A stretch of 64,000 bases of DNA from Podospora anserina (Eukaryota). How positions within the stretch are numbered: the first letter of the stretch is position 1; the number at the start of each line of letters is the position of its first letter. The position numbers and the translations under genes are program-made. Where the stretch lies: assembly GCA_017654855.1 (NCBI GenBank), contig CM030335.1:1302001-1366000 (forward strand), in the 5' to 3' direction. A model generated the notes under the pieces. The model was not told the origin of the DNA, ran no database searches, and was given only the letters and a program-made list of their open reading frames with translations. This document shows, one piece after another, positions 62,986 to 64,000 of the stretch.

Positions 62986-64000
62986 TCAATCCCTCCAGAG
63001 TCCCCCATCAATTGGACTTCCCCTTCTCCCTGGGCCTTGATCATCGTCTTCATCCTCCCCGTCAGCCAATAGGTGCTCTGACGAGACACTTGGGTCGTGT
63101 CCCCCAAATAGCACATCCATATCTTCCAGAGCGCGCCCTTTCGTTTCTGGAAAGAAGATGTAAATGATGGGAACTGATACTAGGTTGATGACCATGAAAA
63201 AGAAGTAGATCTTGGAGCCGAGAGCCGCGATTCCAATGGGCCATATCTGGGTGACGATGATGGAGCCTATGGCGCCGCACGAAGCGGCAAAGCTGAGGCC
63301 CCGTGCTCGGACGGCGGTTGGGAAAATCTAGGTAAGTTAGGTAGGTAAGGTTAGTCCGAGTCATGTTCTAGTGAATATTTGTGCTTTGTTCACGGGTAAG
63401 TGAAGATCTTACCTCGGAACCATACACCCAGGCAGCTGGACCAAATCCCATTGAGTATCCCAATGAGTAGATGAAAACAAAGACCACACAGGCATAATCT
63501 GCTGCGGTGTTGGAGTTATTTGGATAAATCAAAGGCAAAGTGCCGTTGATCTGGCAGTGTAGTCAGTACGGTCTGGCCCTCGTAAACAGAGTTAGAGTAC
63601 TTACCAGCAAGGAGAACGCCATGATAACAGCTCCAATGACAAGTGTCAGCCTTCGTCCAACTCTATCGATGATAAACATCTCCAGCACATTGCACCCGAT
63701 CTTAAGAGTGCTTTCAATCCCCCCTGCGAGTAGAGACACTCGATGGCTCAAGCCTAGAGTTCTAAAGAGAGCAGGAAGGTAGTATTTCATAGCTGTAGCA
63801 CCGCACATCTGCGCCAGGAACTGCAAAAGTGCCGATCGCCACATGCGAGCAAAGAGACTTCTGTCGGCGAACAGAGATGTCCAAACAAGGCCAGTGACTC
63901 TGAAAGAAGCTACAGAGCGTTCGATGTCGTCAAGCTCGTCGTAGATTTCATCGGATGTGTAATACCCTTCGCGGTAGTACTGAAGCGTGGTGAAGGCCTC
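62986..64000 (-). CDS. MFS sugar porter family transporter, 3' part (5' end outside the window)
   Basis: LQFLAQMCGATAMKYY, IDRVGRR, GPAAWVYGSE|IFPTAVRARG and FFPETKGRALEDMD motifs; at least two introns. Confidence 0.93.

Overview
Filamentous ascomycete genomic DNA (probably a Sordariomycete, inferred from gene content, short GT-AG introns with CTRAC branch sites and the RIP signature). Bases 1 to ~27,900 are an extremely AT-rich block degraded by repeat-induced point mutation (RIP). It holds two Fot1/pogo DNA transposons, a truncated Ty3/Gypsy element, seven copies or fragments of one LTR family that share R/U5 but carry three different U3 halves (one copy nested in another), and two unrelated solo LTRs with exact 5-bp target-site duplications. 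After a sharp boundary comes a gene-dense block: a secreted protein, TOR kinase, Rtf2, glucosidase II beta, a GCIP/CCNDBP1-like protein, an RRM nucleolar protein, a small orphan ORF, cytochrome c heme lyase, an ABC1/UbiB kinase, a GH71 glucanase without a signal peptide, Rps28, a PL4 rhamnogalacturonan lyase, an M28 aminopeptidase and the 3' part of an MFS sugar transporter. The most unusual items are a cryptic two-transmembrane reading frame at ~44.9-45.6 kb split by one in-frame TAG in a Trp-favouring context (candidate A-to-I editing-dependent gene, or a pseudogene) and a stop-free, in-frame 207-nt intron-like segment in TOR. Product names come from motif recognition by eye; no database search was run.
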